Assembly (NCBI GenBank): GCA_965203295.1
Contig: CBDBCZ010000019.1
Coordinates: 1,696,001 to 1,760,000, forward strand
Reading direction: 5' to 3'
Length of the DNA stretch: 64,000 nt
Source: Nitrospirales bacterium
GTDB lineage: Bacteria > Nitrospirota > Nitrospiria > Nitrospirales > UBA8639
Positions 63,501 to 64,000 of the stretch are shown one piece after another. The position numbers and the translations under genes are program-made. The notes under the pieces are model-generated. The model was not told the origin of the DNA, did not search any database, and saw only the letters and a list, made by a program, of their open reading frames with translations. Positions within the stretch are counted from its first letter, which is position 1; the number at the start of each line of letters is the position of its first letter.

Positions 63501-64000
63501 GGAGGGGGATTAGGCGGAAATATAGTCCTCCAAACTGGCAAGACTTTCGGCGTGTCGGCCAGGATCGAGGCGGCCAAACTCGATCTGAATCATCTGCTTG
63601 AGGATCATCTCAAAATCTCCGGAGACAGTTTGGTCGATACAACCGTTAATCTTTCTGTCTTCTTTCAAGAAAAAACAGGGGCGCTTGATTTGAGTCGAAC
63701 TGAAATCCACCTATTTCTGACACACATTGGGAAAGAGGTCTTAGATCGTCTGTTAGTATTTCTTGACCCTGAAGGAAGCAATCCAACATTGGTAGCCGCA
63801 CGATCGCAAGTAAAACTGGCCAATCCCTCCCAGGTGACGATTCACTTAGCCCGTGGAATGATGGGATTGGAAATTCTATTTAGTGAAGGACTCCTTTCTT
63901 CCTTTAAAATGGACCGTATTCCAGTGGGCAAAATGAAGAACCTCCAGACGATCACCCAAGGATTACCCAATTGGGAATTGGTGACCCAAATCATGGCAAT
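60505..64000 (+). pseudogene. Large AsmA/TamB-like envelope protein with three frameshifts, runs off window
   Basis: N-terminal TM, long beta-rich repeats; breaks at 60713-60740 (14-bp duplication), about 61735 and about 62580. Confidence 0.75.

Overview
Bacterial chromosomal segment of moderate GC. Gene repertoire and protein style suggest a Nitrospira-like (Nitrospirota) organism; this is inference, not tested. Contents: an LPS/lipid A block (manC, kdsC, lptFG, fabF-ACP-lpxD), redox genes, a DAHP synthase, a metal-homeostasis region (His-rich protein, MerC-domain protein, Fur/Zur regulator, ArsI/CadI, SigZ, Zn-type ABC transporter with outer-membrane receptor), dead IS256 and IS3 elements, three putative cobalamin-dependent radical SAM genes next to metH, mutY/mutT and a broken AsmA/TamB-like gene. 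No rRNA, tRNA or CRISPR array was seen. Best leads: (1) a His-rich, exported, near-leaderless uORF ending in the RAPP ribosome-arrest motif, at the head of a metal-uptake operon with a Zur-like box, possibly a zinc-sensing analogue of CruR/DUF2946; (2) a cobalamin/SAM methylation locus of unknown substrate; (3) an IS3 followed by four same-orientation right ends bracketing cargo; (4) selective decay of accessory genes by transition-type nonsense codons, indels and micro-duplications while core genes stay intact. All family calls are by eye; no searches were run.
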